Source: Dipteris shenzhenensis
Lineage: Eukaryota
Length of the DNA: 64,000 nt
NCBI GenBank assembly: GCA_047967505.1
Contig: CM106538.1
Strand: one strand, 5' to 3'
The number at the start of each line of letters is the position of its first letter. Position 1 is the first letter of the stretch. The notes below the pieces were generated by a model that saw only the letters and a program-made list of their open reading frames with translations, did not search any database and had not been told where the DNA came from. Positions 51,188 to 64,000 of this stretch are shown here, piece by piece. A program made the position numbers and the translations under genes.

Positions 51188-51192
51188 AAACT

Positions 51193-51195
<3 letters not shown>

Positions 51196-51228
<33 letters not shown>

Positions 51229-51330
51229 GCACGCACGCATGCACGCGCACCCACACCCACACCCACACCCACAACCACACACCCCCCCCCCCTACCCACC
51301 CACCCACCCACACACACACGGCCCCACGCA
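51196..51330. repeat. Compound microsatellite (CT)n / (CACACC)n just after the stop codon
   Basis: Directly visible. Confidence 0.95.
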
Positions 51331-53269
51331 CCCACTCATTTGCACACACATGCATATGCACATGTGCATAGGTGTGCACATAGAAGGACACATAATACAT
51401 GCATAGGCGGGCACATAGAAGGACATTATCATGAGAAAGGATATTCTTTTGTGTGGTCACATTATCATGATACCTTTAGTCAAAACATTGCATCTTAGTT
51501 AAAAACCATATTGCTTCATTGAACATAACGAGGTCTGTATTATGTTTGTAGAAGCTTAATGTATAATAGTATTATGTGCTAGTTAAAATGTGTGTGTGTG
51601 TGACTACACACGTGTGTACGTTTATGTTTATCATTGTGTGCATGTGCGTGTGCAGGTTTTCATGTGGATGTATGGGTGTGTTTGTGTAGGCACATGCGTA
51701 TGCTCGTGATTACATGTGGGTGTGTTTGTGTAGGCATTACTTCATGCAGGCATGCATGCCCCCATTTATTATGCATGAGAAATAATCGATGAATGATGGA
51801 GAAGCTTACAAAGAAGTTGGTTGGAATGCTACCAGTGTGCAGTGTTTTGTTATGACCTTGGTGTAGTTTTTTAAATCAAATTTGGGTGCACTTTTTCAAA
51901 ATGGTAGAAAAGCTGTTATTTTGCCAAAGTCATACCTTTCATGTCCTAATTGGATGATTGTTTGATTCCACTATGATTTAAAGTAAATAGTAGATCTCAA
52001 TCTTTTGTTTAAAGGGGTTGAAGGCCATCGGGAGCCTAAATGCAAAAAGATAAGGTGGCATGCTAAAAGTAAGGAAAAGAGGATACTATGCATTACATTG
52101 GCAGCCAAAATGAGCAAATTACTTTACCAAGTTGACCTGTTGTTGAGTGTCACTTGTGTAACCAATATCCAACTTTCAATGATGCAACGTGGCGACATAC
52201 TAGACTACTTATATGATATAGTAGAAACAATGATCTTCTAGTTTGAGATCTAATTAAAACGTTAAGGATCATATCCACATTAGTGGCACACCTTAAGAAA
52301 TGAGAGGACAATACTTTCACAATTCAAGTTCCATATAGGGTATATAAAATCCTTATGGACGGTGTTTAAAAAGGGGAAGGCTCAAGGAGATTGAAAGGAA
52401 ACATCTCAACGAGGGGGAGAGAATGAGCAAAATGCTTCGTACACAAATGCTCTCTTTCCAATTTGTTTAGTAGGACCTACATATATGCATTTATAGCCCT
52501 ATGGGCTTCCTTTCTTTAACATCATCCCTTAGGTCATGCAACCACACATCATTTAGTGTATTATTGTGAATCTAGTCTCTCCTAATTACATTATCTCTCA
52601 CCCCCAATGAACTTCACAAAGCTCACTTAAGCAAACATCACTCTTTAACCACACTCACACAAATACACACGACCAAGAGCTCAATGTTAACAACCCCCAT
52701 TTTAAACAGCAACAGATGGACTAGATCACCTTGGCGTGGATTCCTATACCTCTAGCAGATCGAATCCGTGAGGCCAACTTTAGACTCTTTCTCAAGTAGA
52801 AAATGTGGTCTTGGACGTCAAGATTCCTAGCTTCTATACCAAGACCCCATTCCCAACGGTCACGCGCAGCTTAGAGTTAGGATATCTTGACTATAAGGCC
52901 CTCTCTTACTCTTGACAATCTCAAGCTCCAAGGCAGAGCAACTTATTCAAACATGCAGACTTTTATTCCATTCATTTTGAGCTACTGATCCAGATAGAGA
53001 ACCCCCTGGCTCTACATGGCCAATACATGACTCCAAAGAACAAAGCAAGCATGCTAGAGTCAAGCACTCGACTCTAAACACCTCCAATCACGATGATTCG
53101 AATTGAACTTGAAGGCTACAAAAGATGCCAATTGGACTTAAATCTTGTTGCTACAAATTGTACATGAAATAGGTAGGACTTGCATGAGTAACAACAGCAA
53201 GGACTGATCATCATCTAGAGTGCATGAGAAAATTACAAATTTTAGGAGTGATACTTTATGAAGAGTAGA

Positions 53270-56090
53270 TGCATTCAAGAGGCGATGGCTGCCCAGCTAG
53301 GGCGAAGGTGGATTGGGACGTCATTATTTAGCCACAATCTAGAGGAGGGCTAGGCATTGTGGACGTAGAGTGCCAAAGCACAGAGTTGCTCGTGAAGCTT
53401 ATTGGCAGAGGCATGTTGCCTGCCAGTGAGCTATGGAAGTAGATACTCCCTCACAAACTCCATGGGAGGCCCTTATACTAGGTGGATTTTTTCTAGGATG
53501 AGGTACTTGCTTGGGTAGGAGTTCAGAGTTGAAATTTGTTGCATCTATTCTCAAGGCTTGGGATGAAATGTGACACTTTATCAAAGGCATCCCACATTGT
53601 TTGAAGAGAGGAGCCGACACCCCTCCTTTTCAACAATTTTATTAGATCAATGACGAGACACACCATTGAGAAAACACCCAACCTCTCTTGGGGAGGTTTT
53701 GCTCGAACAGCGGCCAACACTGTGGGAGAGTGGTTTTCTTTCACAAAGTTGCCCCCACTTGCTTAAAGGTAGAGAGTTCACGGACTTGAGGATCTAAGCT
53801 CATGATAGAGGAGATTGAGAGTGGAGTCTTTGAGGATTGCAGAGCAATTCAAGAGCCACATGTTGCATATGCTCATTCATGTTTGGGTATTTTACAAGAC
53901 ATGAGATCTTACTTTTGGTGGTGGGTACCCAAGTCTGATCCTCATTGACATTTATGGTGTAGGATAACGACAAGATGCAAAGAGAGGTGGTTAAAATGGA
54001 TGAATTTGGGCGATGTACGCATCAAAGAGTCAGGATGGTAGCTCAATATCAAAGGAGCATAGTAGCTTAATCATAATTAACTCTTTTGGATGAATTGGAT
54101 GATCAAGGGACTTAAGTTTGTAAGGTTTTTTATCATTCTTATTGGGGACTTGAATGTGTGCACACTCTAAGGACAATGCACAATTAACAATGGAGAACCA
54201 CTCTAGATCCAAATGGGGATGACCAGATAGTTCTTTTAGGTAGTTGGGTCATGCTCAATCGTAGCTTTAGTGGCTGAAAACACACAAAGGAAGATGAACA
54301 CAAACCCTCAAGAGATTCTAGAGTTGATCATGAACTTATATCGGTTATTGCTCTAGTCCGAGGAGTCATCCCTCATGGTTCTGGTAGCCCTATAGGTAGG
54401 CAAACACGGGCCCTCATGAGATTCTAGAGATGATCAAGAACTTCTATCAATTGTTGTTCCAATCCGAGGAGTCATCCCTTGTGGTTTTGGTAGCCCTAGA
54501 GGTAGTGTGGAATTAGATTTTGATAGGGGTCCTAGCAAGATTGAGCAGGAAGCTAGAGGCTCTGTTCATTGATGAGGAGATCGGGGAGGCCCTCAAGGCC
54601 CTCTCACCCCAGAAAGTGCCCTGCAAGGGATGGATTGGAGCTTCTGGGAGACTTCTCACCCACTAATGTAGCAGGCTTGTTAGGAGATTTTCGACTCAGG
54701 CTCACTTCCTCGGTCATGGAGTCAGGGCTAGATTTGCTTAATCTTGAAGGGGGGGAGGGACAAGGCATGCATCCAGTAGTGGAGACTGATCACCTTAGTG
54801 GACACTGCATACAAAATCTTAGCCAAGGTCCTGATCTTGCAATGGAGACCCTAGCTCTCAAATATTATTCACAACACACAAACAAGTTTTGTTCAAGAGC
54901 AGTGCATCTTGGACAACATTTTTTTACCTTTTGGGAGGTAGTGGATTGGGATCAAGAGTAGTCACAGCCTCTAGCTATTATTTTCTTGGAATTTGAGGAG
55001 GCTTATGATAGGTTGGAGAGGTCCTTCCTAGAAGGAACCATGCATAGATTGGGCTTCTAAGACAGGTAAATCTTTCTTTTTGTAGCAGAGGCGCTTGGCA
55101 ATTTTTTTCCCTCACAGGCTATAGCCTCACTGGGATGACACTTTTGATCAAAACAGGAGGAACTGTTGGACTTTGAGTTCATAGATGATGCGGCCCTATG
55201 TGTGGAGGGCAAAGCAGTGAGCATAGAGATGGTCAGGGGACCATTGGCTGTGTATTGTGAGGCCTAGGAGCCCAGATCAACTAGACCAAATCTATTGGCT
55301 TCTTCATAGGGACAGAGGAGGCCCAGGAGATCCGGAACTTGGCGGCTATCTTTGGCTTTTGGTGGATTCTTTGAGAGCAGACAGTGAGGTACCTCGGCTA
55401 TCAGGTGAATATAGATATAACATAGCACCCCATTCTAGTGAGTGTTTGGTGCAAGATTCTGTACTAGATCTTGACCAAATTATGCTTAGTGGGTAGCGCT
55501 CTCATGGCCAACTAGGCTCTTGTCTCTTGAGATCCTTTTTAGCAGTAATAAAGTCCTTTTGGGCATCTGTATCTCCTGTTCGAGATTTAAAAAGTGCTAG
55601 AGGAGGGCTATCCCTTGATGGCGCCTTTGGCCTGGGAAGGCTTGCCCCTTTGAGAGGTCCACTGGGATCTAGGAGAGTAGTTTTGGCCATCTAGAGTAGG
55701 CCATTTAGAATGAGTGGAGGAGGTGGCATTCTTTTCATACACAATATGGATAGGACAGTAGCTCCAAATGGAGGCATCGGCACAGACTTCTTCGAAAGAG
55801 CATCACTTGGCTGAGTAGCGGGTGCCCCAAGAGGTGAAATCCAGATCCTGGACATGATTATGGTCCAGCCTATGGCTAGGGAAGATCTTGTACATCTTCT
55901 AACAGGTCACCCATTAGGGTTTTCCCACAAGCCCTTGGCTAGAGAAGATGCGGGTGGATGGGAGGTGCCATGCTCTGTGGATGGAGGTTTGGAGATGATC
56001 CCACATTGCTTATGGAGCTATCCCAATGCTTAGAGAGTTTGGCTGGGATCCCTACTGATTGTTGCTTGGATGCAAGGGACCCAACAGAAC
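53270..56090 (+). mobile_element. Degraded L1-type LINE fragments
   Basis: RAKVDWDVII...RGGLGIVD (~53300); LEFEEAYDRLE, EFIDDAALCVEG and zf-RVT remnants (54550-56090), similar to the 16007-18401 family; ~105-bp tandem duplication at 54305-54505. Confidence 0.75.
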
Positions 56091-57371
56091 TTAATCAGGC
56101 TGGCCTTCTTTCAGCTGGTGTTTCTTAATTATGTTTCCCATTATCAGTGCCTCGGGGATAGCTGACTTGTATGGTTGATTTTTCCAAACATTAATAGAAA
56201 TTTTCTCTTTTTGTAAACAAGGGGTACTGCAACTCCAAAAAATTAGTGTTTTTTACATATCCTTTCCTATGTACATTTAAGCAACAAACCCTATAAACTA
56301 ATGAGAAGTTTTAGTTTAATTGATCTTATTTTATGAACTTTTCCTTTCATAAGCACATATTTGCTTCTAAGGTCAAGGCCTTTTGGATCAAGAAAGGTTT
56401 TAACTCCCACATTTCTAGTGCCCCTAAAAACTACTCACTTTTCTTTTTAGAATAGTTTCATCATTAATGGATCCTTTTAGAACTTGTCCTCTTTAAGTTT
56501 GGCTAATAAAAGTGGCAAGGATAACAACCACACACTTTAATTGATTATTACTTAATTTTTACTAGTACCAAATTGATTAATTAACTACTACTAATTAAAT
56601 ATTTAGTTAAGTAATAATTAATTTATATTACTTACTATTTATTAATTAGTAATTTATTATTAATTTCTTAGGATTTTTGTTCTAACTTGTCCTTATTTGG
56701 ATGGATGTAAGTGAGTCTATGTGCTTCTCCCAATGCTTTGCCTTTTGAGGATGCTTATCAAGGTCTTATAGAAGGATTTTGTGTATTGTTGGCCCTACTT
56801 ATGTGCAATTTATTTCTCCCTTAAAGTCTAAGTTAAAAAAAAAGGCTTTTGGTTTTTTGGATATTTTGGTACCACTTTGGAAACTATTTGGATTTTTTAT
56901 ATCATTGTCCAACAAACTAAAAGGAATGCATCATCTTTACAATTTTTGGAATATAAAACTTTTTATCTATGTAATTGTCCTTTGGAGACTCTCATCTATA
57001 ATTTCTTACTTTTATGATGGTTTATTGATGAGTGATCTCAAAAAGGTAATCTTTTGGAAACTAGGAAAATCCTATGAAATTTATCTTAATGTTTGAGAAG
57101 AAAAAGAATTGCATTTTCCTTGCTTTATAAAATTAGTTGATTTTTGCTTCCCCTTAAAAAGCACTTTGTACATAAAAGTTTCCTTGAAGATTTAAAGAAA
57201 AGAAAAGTTTTCGTGAAAAATTGGCTTATCCCTTATCAAGCACTTTCCTTGGGGAAGTATTCTACTACAAGTTGCTTGCAAGAAGAATTTACTTTTTCTC
57301 GCATAAAAAATCTCTGAAAAAATATTGAAAATGAAGTAAAAGAAAAATGGGATACTAAATAGATTTAGATT

Positions 57372-57920
57372 TTAAGACGAAGAACAAGGCGTGAGGATCT
57401 TGATGATTGATTTAGTACAATTTTTTGATAGTTTAAGCTTTGGATTGAATTCCGCTGGGCATCCAGATGATGGAAGAATACCACTTTTGAAACGATAGGC
57501 AACACACACTCTTGTAGGATCATTATAAGATCTCAAAAATCTTATGATTGATGCTATTGCATGGTCCTTCGTAGGTAGAAACTCATCAAAGTCGACTATG
57601 AGGATCCAATCCTTGTCCCTTCTCGAGCTTGCAAGGTCAATTTTAAAATGTTTAGTTGGAGGATCCATGAATACATGGATTCTTAGGAATTTCAACACTA
57701 TTCGAAGTCAAACAAATTATTGCTTATGCAGGTAAACCTTCAAAGATTGGTGTAGGGTACTAGTTTTGGGAAAAGGAAATAGTGAAGATACAATAATAAT
57801 CATCTTCAAGAAATTGGAGTGGTCATTGGACCAAATCATGGAGAAAGACAATAGAGTTGTGTTGGAATTGTTGAGATGTGTGGAGATACATAGCACACCG
57901 GTGACCAATAAAGGGGACAC
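57372..57920 (-). pseudogene. Glycosyltransferase family 92 / DUF23-like remnant
   Basis: Two same-frame ORFs separated by two stops; motifs LKVYLHKQ*FV, DWILIVDFDEFL (DxDE), IIRFLRSY..RVCV..RF and KSIIK. Confidence 0.6.
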
Positions 57921-57944
57921 GCATCTTAACCCCCTTTCTAGATA

Positions 57945-60250
57945 GTGTTATTGTTTCTTTTCAGTGCCCATGTATATATGGCACACTTGGTCTTTTCCCA
58001 TTGTAGCACACTTAGAGTAAGTTAGAATAGCTCGAGAAGCTCTCTTCCACCACTCCTGCTGCTTGTTGTTTGAGTGTGCAAGTTACCTTTCTCTTCCATT
58101 CTCTTGATATGGTATCAGAGCTTCTAGGTTCTACATTGTCTCCCTCACCCCTTTCACATTGACCTCTTGCGTCGGTGGAGACTTCATCTAGGCATTTGGA
58201 GCAATCCCTTGGTGAGAGGAAGCTGCCACACTACATCCACTTCAACAGATAGTGTTGGTGGAGACACTTCATGCTACACCTTCTATAGCAGTTTCGTTGG
58301 GAGATATGTAAAGCTTGTGAAATATCTTTTCTACAAGAGCAGGTCGTTTTTCATTGTAGCAGTTCTAGGAAGACTCCAGAGCTTCTAATCTGTCACTCCA
58401 CAAGCTCATTGAGCGGTTTCTGTGTTACCATAACTCTTGGGGCAGGAAAATGAGCTGTATGCAGAAAGCATCCTCACCACTACTACTTCAGAAACATAGA
58501 TTTCTTTGAATTCGTCCTTTCAAGAGAGAGTACTAGAGTAGCTTCAGCTCAAGATTGGTGGTCGCTCTCCTTTTCTGATCACTTGGAAGCAGTAGAATCA
58601 AGATACATAAGGCAGCACTAGGCAGCTTGACAACAGTACATTGTTTTCTTCATAAGTTTTGCACCTGATGTCCGCTTGGGGAGTTCTAGTGCTCAAATCG
58701 AAGAGCAAAACAAGCTCTTTAAGTTCATGTGACTACAGATCTGACTTTCGAAGTGTAACAGGTCTCTGTACAGTCCACAACAGAGGCGACTTACCTTGAG
58801 GCTACATATGCTGTAATATACAGCAGGTACATAACCTTACTTTTGCTTATTTATCTCTTGATGAAACATCGATTTCCATAAGGGCAAGGAAAGTGGGGGA
58901 GTGAGGTTGTTTTTGCAGGTACATCAAAATATATTCGAACACACAGTGGACAACCTTTAGAAGTAAGATTTATGCCTGCGTATGCATGTGTTGAGGCAGA
59001 GGTACATGCTGTATATATGCTCAGCAAGAGCAGCTACTAGATACATTTGACTACTTATTGAATTTGTTATTTGAGAGGGTACTCGCTGAAAATTGCAGAC
59101 AATATATGCCCAAAGTTGGAGCAGTCATGTTTGCATTTCTTATGCTCAGTGAAAGCAGGATCTCATATGCCTTATGCCTAAGATAGGCAGATTGTGATAC
59201 ATGTTTTTTCAGCTTTGGAAGCATTTAGTGAAGTAAATGCTCTCATTGGAAAGTGGCCTGCATACACAGTGACAGTATATTTCAGAATCGTTGTTGATGC
59301 TTGGTTAATGCCATAATGTGGACAATGTTGATGCCATACATTCACAAATAAGATTCAGATTTTGATGCTATTATTGGTGTTGCATTTGGGAAATTGTGTG
59401 CTCTTGCAGTAATTGTTTAGAGATGGCTACTGATAATGCAAATGTTTCAGTTATTACTGGTGAGAAGTTGGGCAAGAACAACTATCCATCATGGTGTTTT
59501 CGCATTAAGAATTTTCTAATAGGCAAGGATCTGTGGAATATTGTCGATGGGACTGAAGAAAAACCCGAGGGTATGATGGAGATGCAGATGTTAATGCCTG
59601 GAAGAAGAAAACACATCAAGCAATTCATTATATTTCCATCACGATCGAGGACAGTGTAAGACAACTGCACAGGATGTAGAGAGAAAGTCTTCTAGTGTCC
59701 AGGACTATGTGCTCAAGATTCGCAGCATTTGTGATCAGTTGGGAAGCATTGGTGCAAAAGTAGATGATGACGATTTAGTGGCTGCATGCTTACATGGGCT
59801 CGGTAGAGAGTACCAGTCCTTTGTGACCAGCATTTCTGTAAGAGAGAATATTCTATCATTTAATGATCTTATCCCCTTGTTGATAAGTGAAGAGACAAGG
59901 CTTATCAAGGAAGGAACCATTCCCAACATCAGTAGTACTTCGAGCAAGCAGGAACATTGGCCACAGGTGGTTGTGGAAGAGGCCGTGGTGGCGGCAATGC
60001 AGATAGAGGCCAACGTCAAGGCCGTGGTGGCTTCCAAGGGCAGCAAAATCAGCTCCAAAATCAGCAAAATCGTGGCGGATTTGTAAGAGGAAGGGGGAGC
60101 ACTCAAGGCCATGGTGGAGGCCGTGGACAAGGTAGAAAGCATGGGTCTTGCAACTATTGTGGAATCGCAGGACATGCATATGAATGCAGAAAAAAGCAGG
60201 GTGATATACGCTCAGGAAAGCTACCTCAAAACAATTATGCCTCGAATGAT
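57945..60250 (+). mobile_element. Copia 5' remnant: LTR end, PBS, long leader, gag
   Basis: PBS TGGTATCAGAGC 58110-58121; gag GEKLGKNNYPSW...KDLWNIVDG, DDDLVAACLHGLGREYQSF, CNYCGIAGH. Confidence 0.85.
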
Positions 60251-60254
60251 GGGC

Positions 60255-63200
60255 AACCCCTTTGTTTCCATGTGGACATCCAAGCGTTGCTCTATCTAAT
60301 CAAGAAATCAATCATGAAGCCACAATTGAGCAGACGGATGCTACCGTTATGGGAATTAAACTTCAAAATCATCCACAATCCCTCGTTCATCTCATTGTGG
60401 CACGAATTACTTATCTTGCACCAAAGACATGAAAGATATCAAAGGGATGGATGATAGTCTATCTATTGCTAGATTGCTTGCAGTGTTAATATAACATGAG
60501 GAGATCATATAGTACCTCTCTATGGCAACATTCCTCAAAGATGTGACCGTAAATAAATGATGAGGATAGCACTTAAATCCTAGAAGTACATGCAATCGAT
60601 GGCCACTTATATTGCAAAGGGGGGACATGGTCCTCCGACGATGTGTCTTTCCACACAATAGACCAATTGTCACGCATGAAGCACACCAACGTGTGGCCAG
60701 TGTCGTTTTCCCACCAAATTCTTAGTCAAAAATATCCTAAGTGTAATTTTTAAGTGTATGGCTATGTTGGAGTACCCTCTACATAGATGTCGCAAAACAC
60801 TACAAGAATTGTGATGCATGCTAATGAGTCAAAAGGACCACCTTTCAATATCAAATGCCATTATCGCCAACCTGCTCATGGGAACCTTTTTCGAAGCGGG
60901 ATTGGATTTCATTGATTCATTCAAAGTTTCCATGCATTCTAGAAAAGACAACTACATTGTGGTGGCGATTGATTTATGTCACGAAATGGCTTGAAAAAAA
61001 AACCTATGTGAATCATATGTAGATTTAGGTGTCCTATTGAAATCATGTCCAACCAAGTAATTCACTTTATCATTTCGGTGATTAAATCATAATGAAGGAA
61101 TTCTTGATTCAACAAAGAAATTGAGTATGTACAATCTCCAAGCGAATGGTCAAGCCAAAGCAACCAACAAAGTGTTCAAAACAATTCTTCAGAAGATGGT
61201 ATTTGAGCAATGAAATGATTGGTATTGCAAGATCTAGACGATGGTATGGGTATACTGAACATCATTCAAAGTCACCATGAAGTGCACTCCTTTCTGGCTA
61301 GCAGTTGGTCTTAATGCAACCATACTTGTGAAACTCCTTGTGCTGAGTATAAGAGTGGTCATTCGACATATGAATGGTTGAGGGGAAGCACTCCAAACAT
61401 GATTGAATGAATTATCCAAGATAGTTGAACTTGTAACTAAGGGCATCTTGCATGAAAAGCATAAACCAATGGAGGAGAAAGGCATGGCATTGTTACCGCA
61501 TAAAAAGAGAGCATTCAAAGATAGGAGGATATTCGTGTTGCTATATAGTGTCCCACTATGAGCAATGAAGAAAACTTCCATAGGTGTGGGTCATATACCA
61601 AATCAAGGAGTGCTTCAATAATGGGACCATCACTTTGGTAGATCTAGAAGGAAATGAATAGCCAAAATGGATCAATAGGATGAAGAATTATTTTTGCCCT
61701 AGGCATAGTTTGTTGGGATAGAATTAACCGAGGTACCAATGAAGAGTATCTGATGAGCACCAGTCCCAATGATCGTTACGCATAAAATCAAGATTAATGG
61801 TTCAATTAGGTGGAATTAGGTGGAATCATGACTAAGAGAAGTGCAAAATAGATCCACGTATTCCCAAAAACATGCAACATTAAATGTCTGTGATTCCATA
61901 TTGAGGGAGAATATAATGATGGAAAGGAGGGATGTGAAGCAAGCAGTGAGCTGGCAATTAATGAGAACATGTTGCAAGAAACCCTAAATTCCTTAATACA
62001 TAAGGATTCTAGAAAATTTGGGCTCACTTTTCTCATTCAAATTCTTAGCCCGACACATGCTCTTGCCTCTTCAACTCTCATCACCTCCAAGTCCCATAGC
62101 CTTCAACTACTAGATCGAATGGCTTCCACCCAATCAAAGATAAGGGGCATTGATAAGGGTGAAGGGCCACTACTAAAATATGAATGCTGAAAAGCTAAAA
62201 GATCCAGAGATTAACCTAGCACTAGTAGCTATCAATTGGCTTCATCTCATGACCCTCAACTACTTCTTTGAGCTCCCATGGAATGCAACCTTCAACCACA
62301 AAGTGAAAATTGAAGCAATCAACTTATATTATGAACATAATCCACACATAGGGTAAGTAGGTGATGATCAATAATGCGAAAGTCGCATCAATCTTTAAGG
62401 TGCCCAATGAGCATGACCCCTTGGCAATCGAATGTGACCTACTATTCAATAATAATGCATGGATGCTAGCGTAAGGACATGTTATGAACAAAAATAAGGA
62501 TTCTTTTGATTTCTCTCAATGCGAATCCAACTAAAGACCGTGGACACTAACATGCCGAGGATGTTAGTGTAAACAATACTCAAAGTGGTAAATAGAGAAA
62601 CTGTATAATAGGCCAAGCTTATGGTGACACAAATTAATGACCAAATGATGTAGATAAAGATAGGGAAGTAATGAGCAGATTGGGTTGGGACACATATGTG
62701 CCTCCTTACATGGAGGGATGATGAAACCCCAAGCCAATGACCTGAAGATGAATGTACTAGAGGGTTTGTTTTATAAATCCCTTGATCAAACCCCAAGAGA
62801 TCAAAGCCTCTAGCCAAACTAGTAGAGCAAGGCCAACAACAATGTAAGGGACAAGAAGCTCCAAGACTCTCTTAGCGATCTCGTCAATCATAGCTTAAAG
62901 ACAAAGGCAAGGACCCACTAGCTATCAATGTGATGAATGCGCCATTGAAGCAACTGGAGCAAGGCCATCCAAAGCCACTATCAGCCTCTACATCTACGGA
63001 TCTGACCCAACAAATGAAACAAACAAAGAAAATGAATTATTTGATGCTTTTTCATTGCTCAACAATTGGTCTAAATCTAGATCATAGTAGATTAGATCAT
63101 CCTAAGAGGAGAGAACTCCAAAGAAGCGACTCGAAGCCATGCCCTAAAATTTCCAAATAGTCCCTACTCGAAGTCAGCCCTTCGCTCACATGCAGTTTCA

Positions 63201-64000
63201 CACCATTATATTCCATCATTACATTTCTTGAAACCCAACTACGATCATTTCGATGAGCAGAATTCAAAGTGTTTAGAGGCATTGGCCAATTGATCACAGT
63301 GGGCATATTGCACATGGTTTGAGTTTACACATATGCCATCATTGTAAAGCCTATCGGCTATTTTTCTAGCATTGTGCACTCAAATTGAGCCTTGTAAAGC
63401 CTCTTGGCTATTCCCGGCATCTTTTTCTACAAGCCTTGTAACAACAGTTTCCCACTCCATAGTCTTCGTGATTTCTATGTGGGAGGTGATGTCATCAATC
63501 TTCTCTATATCTACGGTCACTAGGATACCTTTAAAAGATAAAGCATGACTCAATTCAACATCAAGGTGTTATGGGGTCGAGAATACTTGTCAATTTGGTT
63601 TGAAAGAATTTTGAGTCTCTTGGCATAATGTACCCTAGTGACTTGTTTGTTCTAATTTTGTTATGGTATATAACTTTTGCAATAATTGTTGTCTTATTAG
63701 CTCAAGGCCCTCAAGAAATGAATTTTTGAGGGCATCCCATTCAATAAATCTTTTTGTCGTGAGATAAGGACACCTTGATTGTCCCATTATGTTGAGGAAA
63801 ATTCACCATATTACAAATATTATGAGCTTCTAGAGGTAAATTCACCATATTATAAGTATGATTAGCTTCTTGCTTGAATTTCTTTGTTTCGTAGAACTAC
63901 AAACTTAGTTGTAGGAATTCTTATCATTCTCACTCTTTGATCGCATTATTTCAAACATTCCATTCTAGTCAATATTTGTAGGGTTGGTAGTCATATGCTT
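60255..64000 (+). mobile_element. Degraded non-chromoviral Gypsy (Athila/Tat-like) 3' part: RNase H end, integrase, long 3' region, PPT, 3' LTR start
   Basis: HVDIQALLYL...ELNFKIIH; GLDFI...YIVVAID; QANGQAKATNKVFKTIL; TPFWLAVG; GTGGGAGGTGA then TGTCATC at 63490. Confidence 0.75.

Noticed and set aside
51010-51498. ORFs with CG/ER/PT repeats
   Set aside because: Translations of microsatellites in the 3' UTR.

Overview
Eukaryotic plant nuclear DNA, most likely from a large-genome seed-free vascular plant such as a fern (inferred from gene style and TE content). One host gene dominates the window: the 3' six coding exons (8582-51187, + strand, ~2,210 codons after in-frame splicing) of a MAG2-interacting protein 2 (MIP2, NBAS/Sec39-like) ortholog. 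Its introns are inflated to as much as 19 kb by retroelements. These include a decayed Copia, a young near-intact chromoviral Gypsy with TSD, a small non-coding LTR element with TSD, L1 and RTE-X-like LINE fragments, solo LTRs and a hAT MITE. Three features stand out. First, a Penelope-like RT fragment with Naiad/Chlamys-type motifs is followed by structured RNA containing a hammerhead-like core (12.7-13.6 kb). Second, about 180 aa of MIP2 appear to be absent across the 19-kb intron. Third, an AT-rich, gene-dense decayed island with a GT92-like glycosyltransferase remnant lies at 56.2-57.9 kb, followed by a Copia-gag/Gypsy-pol chimeric junction. Family assignments come from motifs recognised by eye; no database searches were run.
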